The notes beneath the pieces were generated by a model. It was not told where the DNA came from, did not search any database, and worked only from the letters and a program-made list of their open reading frames with translations. Positions 58,808-64,000 of a stretch of DNA of 64,000 bases are shown here, piece after piece. The DNA comes from the human T2T-CHM13v2.0 reference genome, Homo sapiens. Numbering within the stretch: the stretch's first letter is position 1; every line of letters begins with the position of its first letter. The stretch is from NCBI RefSeq assembly GCF_009914755.1, contig NC_060937.1, one strand, 5' to 3'. A program made the position numbers and the translations under genes.

Positions 58808-59382
58808 CTTTGTGGTTTTATCTACCTTTGGTCTTTGATGATTGTGACGTACAAATGGGGTTTTGGTGTGGATGTCCTTTCTGTTTGTTAGTTTTCCTTC
58901 TAACAGTCAGGACCCTCAGCTGCAGGTCTGTTGGAGTTTGCTGGAGGTCCACTCCAGACCGTGTTTGCCTGGGTATCAGCAGCGGAGGCTGCAGAACAGC
59001 GGATATTGGTGAACAGCAAATGTTGCTGCCTGATCGTTCCTCTGGAAGTTTTGTCTCAGAGGAGTACCCGGACTTGTGAGGTGTCAGTCTGCCCCTACTG
59101 GGTGGTGCCTCCCAGTTAGGCTACTCGGGGGTCAGGTAACCACTTGAGGAGGCAGTCTGTCCATACTCAGATCTCAAGCTGTGTGCTGGGAGAACCACTA
59201 CTCTCTTCAAAGCTGTCAGACAGGGACATTTAAGTCTGCAGAGGATTCTGCGCCTTGTGTTTGGCAATGCCCTGCCCCCAGAGGTGGAATCTACAGAGGC
59301 AGGCAGGGCTGCTTGAGCTGCAGTGGGCTCCACCCAGTTCGAGCTTCCCAGGCCACTTTGTTTACCTACTCAAGCCTCGGTA

Positions 59383-59457
59383 ATGGCGGGCGCCCCTCCC
59401 CCAGCCTCGCTGCTGCCTTGCAGTTTGATCTCAGACTGCTGTGCTAACAATGAGTGA
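59383..59457 (+). pseudogene. L1 ORF0 truncated at codon 25
   Basis: ATG GCG GGC GCC CCT CCC CCA... = MAGAPPPASLLPCSLISDCCANNE then TGA; the frame resumes as GSVGVGPSEPG. Confidence 0.8.
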
Positions 59458-59689
59458 GGCTCCGTGGGCGTAGGACCCTCTGAGCCAGGTGCGGGATATA
59501 ATCTCCTGGTGTGCTGTTTGCTCAGTTGGAAATGCAGAAATTACCCGTCTTCTGTGTCGCTCACGCTGGGAGCTGTAGACTGGAGCTGTTCCTATTCGGG
59601 CATCTTGGCTCAAGAGCCTTCCCAGGCTCTTTTGAAGGCTTCCTTCTCTGTTCCAATTCATATTGGCATGACTCCGGCTTTGTGTTGGC

Positions 59690-59916
59690 CAGTGGTTCTC
59701 AACCAGAGATGGTTATACCCAAGGGGGGGACATTTAGCAATGTCTAGAGACATTTTGATTGTTATAGCTGGTGTGTGTGCATACACATGCTAGTGGCATC
59801 TAATGGGTAGAGTTCAGGAATGCTGCTAAGCATCTTGCTGGGTTCGAGACAGCTCCCTGAGAAAAAAAAGAATTATCTAGCCCCAAGTATAAATAGTGCT
59901 AAAATTGAGAGACCTT
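59690..59916 (+). mobile_element. MER20 hAT-Charlie MITE
   Basis: CAGTGGTTCTCAACC...GGGGACATTTAGCAATGTCTAGAGACATTTT...AAAGAATTATC...TTGAGA. Confidence 0.9.
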
Positions 59917-60544
59917 CTAAACTTCATTAACTAAACTTTCTCCTTAGGTGATCTTATAAAAATCTTCAGTATTTGATACCATAATTTGTTTCAAGTGCCC
60001 CAGTTTATATTTTCAATCTGCATCTTTTTCCTGAGCTCCAAACTTGCATATTCAAATATTATTTCTGTATCTTTAACTGGATGTCTAATAGTCTTCTTAT
60101 TTCCAAAGCTGAATTCTGTTTTTTTTCCTTGCAAACCTGATGCTTGTGTATTCTCCTTTTCTCTTGATGGTACTCATAATTTATGCAGTTTCTCAGGCTA
60201 AAATCTAAGGATTATCCTTGATTCCCCTCTCTCTATCATCTGCCAAGTCTTACTCAAGGCATTGCTCTCCAGGTTATCTTCTACGTTCAGTGTATATATC
60301 TAACTTGCCCCCTTCTTACTTTCACCCTAGTCCTAACTCTCATTTGCAATACAGAAACACCAATTCTCAAAATAACCATTAGAGTGAAATTTTAAGAAAC
60401 AAATAAAATCAAGTTACTCCTGTCATTGTAATCAAGCTGCTATCATCATTGCAATAAAATTCTTCTACAAGGCCCCATGTGAACCAACCTCATCTCCTGT
60501 TTTTTCTCCCCTTTGTTTACATCCTGAGATTCTTGCCTTTTCCT

Positions 60545-61750
60545 TTTTTCTTAGATTTTTATTAATTTGACTATAGTGTTCTTAGACATGATTTTCTTTG
60601 CATTCATTTGTCTTGGGGTTCAAGGAGCTTCTTAAATTTGTTAATTTGTGGTGTTCACCAAATTTGAAAAATTTACAGTAATTTTTTCATGGACTATTTT
60701 ACCAGCCCTGTTTTCTCTCTTCTTGCCTCTGGGACTCCAATCTTACCTATGTTACACTTTTTGCTATTATCCCACAGGTCCGTAAGGCTTGTTCCTTTCA
60801 TCCATCTATCCATCCATCTATTTATTTTTAATCTTTTTCTCTGTCTTCTTCAGATCACATATTTTCTGCGGATCTATCTTCAAGTATACTGACTCATCTG
60901 TCAACTCTACTCAGCTTTCAAGCTCATACAGTGAATTTTTTATTTCATATATAATATTTTTCAGTTACAGAATTTCCATTTTGTTCTTTTTCCTGCGGAG
61001 AATCTCTGACCTATAATTTATTCTGAGTTTATGTTCTTTTACCTCATTGGAGATAGTTGTAATAGCTACTTTGAAGCCTTTCTCTGTTAATTCTAATATC
61101 TGGGGCTGGCCTTAATTTATTGGCTTATCTCTTGAATAGGGTCATGTTATATCGACTCTTCATATGTTCAGTAATTTTAGATTGTCCCTTGGATTCTGTG
61201 GATGTTATATTATTCTGACTCTGGATTCTATTGTATTCCTTTTTAGAGTTTTGATATGTTTGTCTTAGGAGTAATTTAACCGGTTTGGACTCAAACTGTC
61301 ACTGCGTCTCTTGGGCAACAACTATAATTTTCATTCAGTTCCTTCATCCTTAGCTTGCCAAGAGCTAGGTTGCTTATAGACTGCACAAGTTATGTGAGGT
61401 ATGGTTCAGGGGTCAGCCAGAGGTTGGGCAGAGTTTACACAGAAACTGGGGTTCTTGCTCTCAGCCCCTCTCTTCCCTGGTATTCCCCCTTCACTTTCTA
61501 GAAACTCTTCCCCAACCTCTGTCTTCTAGTTCTTCAATCCAGAAAAACTGAGTTTTCTATTTGAGTCACTTTGTACGTGGAATATCCTCAGGCTAAAAGC
61601 CACAGAGATAGAAAACTAAACCCCTGCTTTTTTTCTTCCTTCAAATATTGACTCCTCTTCAGACTCTTTCCTCTTTTGTCCACTCTCTAGGGCTTTCAAG
61701 TCTGTTATATTTTGCCAGAGTTAATGGTTTCTATCTGTAAGATAGTGTAG
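60545..61750 (-). mobile_element. Old L1M fragments
   Basis: T-rich, TTTGACTATAGTG, TTCACCAAATTTG.AAAATTT, CTCTGGGACTCCAAT motifs typical of the L1M 5'/ORF1 region. Confidence 0.5.
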
Positions 61751-62609
61751 CCATACTGCAAGTCAGACCCTTTTTGTTTTTTGGACATGTAAGGTTTATT
61801 TTCACTTCAGGGCAGGGAACTTGAGTAGCCATTAAAGAGGTGTTATCAGACCTTCATTTAAGTATAAAGTTCCTTTGAATTGTGGAATAAATCATAGAAG
61901 AAAGTAGAATGGTTTGGCATGCTATTACCCTGGGAAATACTGTTGCTGTTGTATTGGCTAGATTTCTTTATATTGCAGGTGACTGGAGAACCTATGGTGG
62001 ATCCAGACTTTACTCTGAGCTTGAAAATGACTATGGCATTTGCGAATCTTGCACCTTTGTACCATCGAATTCATTTTCAGCAGTAGAGAGGAAGCTTTGC
62101 TTTCCTGGGACCTTTGCTTTCCTGGATTTTCAAAGAATATTCCAGCAGGAGGCACAGAGGCTGGCTAGCTCTCAGCAGATTGTTCTATATTAATGGTCTT
62201 AAGTATTTTTTATTCTACATAGATGAAAGATTACTTGTGTCTCAGTCAAAACCCTTCTGCCATTATAACATTTCCAAAACTCGTCTCAGTTCTTGGATGT
62301 ATACAAAGAAGATAGTCTCCAAAAAGGTAGGAGGAGCAAGTTTACCAATTGTCATTTTTCTATTGTGAATTTCAAGGCCCTGTTTTAATCTGGTGAGCAT
62401 TTGGTATTTCATAACATGTAACATCCACTCTGGTAAATATAAGTACATCTTGATCTCAATGTATTGGTACCAAAGACTCTTCTCTATGTCTACCATCAAT
62501 AAAGCTAACATGTGCTACAATTATAAAAATCCTGTAAGTTCACTAGAGGAGAGGTAAATGTTGAAATAAATGGAGAATGTGTGTTATCAACCAGCAATCC
62601 TACCTTAAA

Positions 62610-63670
62610 AATATTTTTTATTATTAAATAAAGCACAGATACAGGAAGCCACACAAATGTATGGCTTAATAAGTTATTATAATTTGAACACCCTTGTAAC
62701 TACCACCCAGGTTGAAAACTTGAACTTTTGTCAGTATCTTGAAAGTCCTTCCATGAGTCCCATCCTATTAACAAAATATTTTCTTATCACTAAAGTCACC
62801 ACTGTACTATTTTTATAATGATTTCCTTTTTTGTTGTTAAAAAGTAGTTTTTATCATTTCCATGTGTTGCCCATTTAAAGAACATTTGTTATATTTTCTA
62901 TGTCTCTCCTTTTTTATTGTGATAAAAATATAGAACATGACATCTACTCTCTTAATAAACGTTTAAGTGCATGTTATAGTATTGCTAACTGTAAGCACAG
63001 TGTTGTGCAACAGATCTCTAGAACTTTATTTTGTATAACTCTTGTAACATACCAGGTCTCCCTCCATCTCTTTCTTTTCCTTATGTATCTGTTGAGAATC
63101 TGGACCATTTGGCTTTCAGTTTTCCAGTCTGTATATTGCTGATTGCATACTCATGGTGACATACAAAAATGTTCCTTAGTGCTTTGTGTTTCTTCCAATT
63201 TGGCAGCTGGATTCAGAGACAAGATCAGACTCATGTTTGATTCCTTCGGCAAGACGTTAGTTGGTATTTGGCAGGGACTATAGGAGGCACTTAAGGTCTG
63301 GTTGTCTCTGTGATTTTAGCAGCTACTGTTGCTTAATGCCTATATCCATCAGTTCCTTGGAGATTAATGGTGACATTCAAAGTTTATTATTTCTCTTATT
63401 GTTTATTATGAAAGGAGGCTTCTCCCATCTGCTGTTTGATTATTTACTGGTACAGTTCATATCCAAAAGGAAGGATACCTATTTGCTTCTTTCTTTTTAT
63501 TTACTATTTTCCAAATTAATATAATCTTCCCTCATCATCCTGTAAAGCTGACAAACTTTAAAAAATCAATACAGTCCCATGGATTTAAGCATATTTGATT
63601 GGTTGCAATCCATTACAATTATTATTGAAACTCGAATTGTCTCATATTTGGCCACTGCAAACATTTTGAG
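62610..63670 (-). mobile_element. Old L1MC-like fragments with an L1MB-like 3' end at 62910-63045
   Basis: CTTGTAACTACCACCCAGG; AACATGACATCTACTCTCTTAA...CAGATCTCTAGAACTT. Confidence 0.5.
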
Positions 63671-63681
63671 GGTGGCTTCTT

Positions 63682-64000
63682 TCATGAACAAAATCATGTC
63701 TCCCCAATATTTATATTAAAGCTCCCAATGTGATTGTATTTAGAGATGGGGCCTTTAAACAGGTAATTAAGGTTACATGAGGCCACAAGGGTAGGACCTT
63801 AATCCAACGTGACTGTTGTCATCAGAAGAAGAGGAAGGGACACCAGAAGTCTGCATGCACAGAGAAATGGCCATGTGAGGGCACAGAGAGAAGATGGTCA
63901 GATGCAAGCCAACGAGAGACCAACCCAGTGGGCTCCCTGAATTTAAACTTCTAGCCTCCAGAACTGTGAGAAAATAAATTTCTGTTGTTTAAGCTCCAGT
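63682..64000 (+). mobile_element. MLT1A/B MaLR LTR (runs off the window)
   Basis: CCCAATGTGATTGTATTTAGAGATGGGGCCTTTAA...CTAGCCTCCAGAACTGTGAGAAAATAAATTTCTGTTGTTTAAGC. Confidence 0.88.

Overview
Primate, almost certainly human, genomic DNA. It holds about 19 kb of repeat-rich upstream sequence, a CpG-island promoter, coding exon 1 of glypican-5 (GPC5; CDS 19571-19733, + strand, absent from the ORF track because it is a spliced 163-nt exon), and the first ~44 kb of intron 1. I recognised no second GPC5 exon and no RNA gene. The rest is transposon-derived: Alu, MIR, L2, L1, MaLR/ERVL/ERV1 LTRs and hAT/Tigger MITEs, often nested. I see no convincing evidence of a wholly new biological system. The best lead is a near full-length antisense L1PA4/5-type element (53731-59611). 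It appears to have been copied from a spliced RNA, has a broken YY1 site and a snap-back 5' junction, and its antisense promoter/ORF0 donor points into GPC5 in the same phase as exon 1. Other leads: a sense MaLR provirus with a perfect DUX4 motif and discordant LTRs, a sense LTR carrying an acceptor, AATAAA and CTCF motif, a GCN repeat and uORF in the GPC5 leader, and several readable insertion or repair scars. Repeat subfamily names come from my recall of consensus sequences, not from a search, and old-repeat boundaries are approximate.
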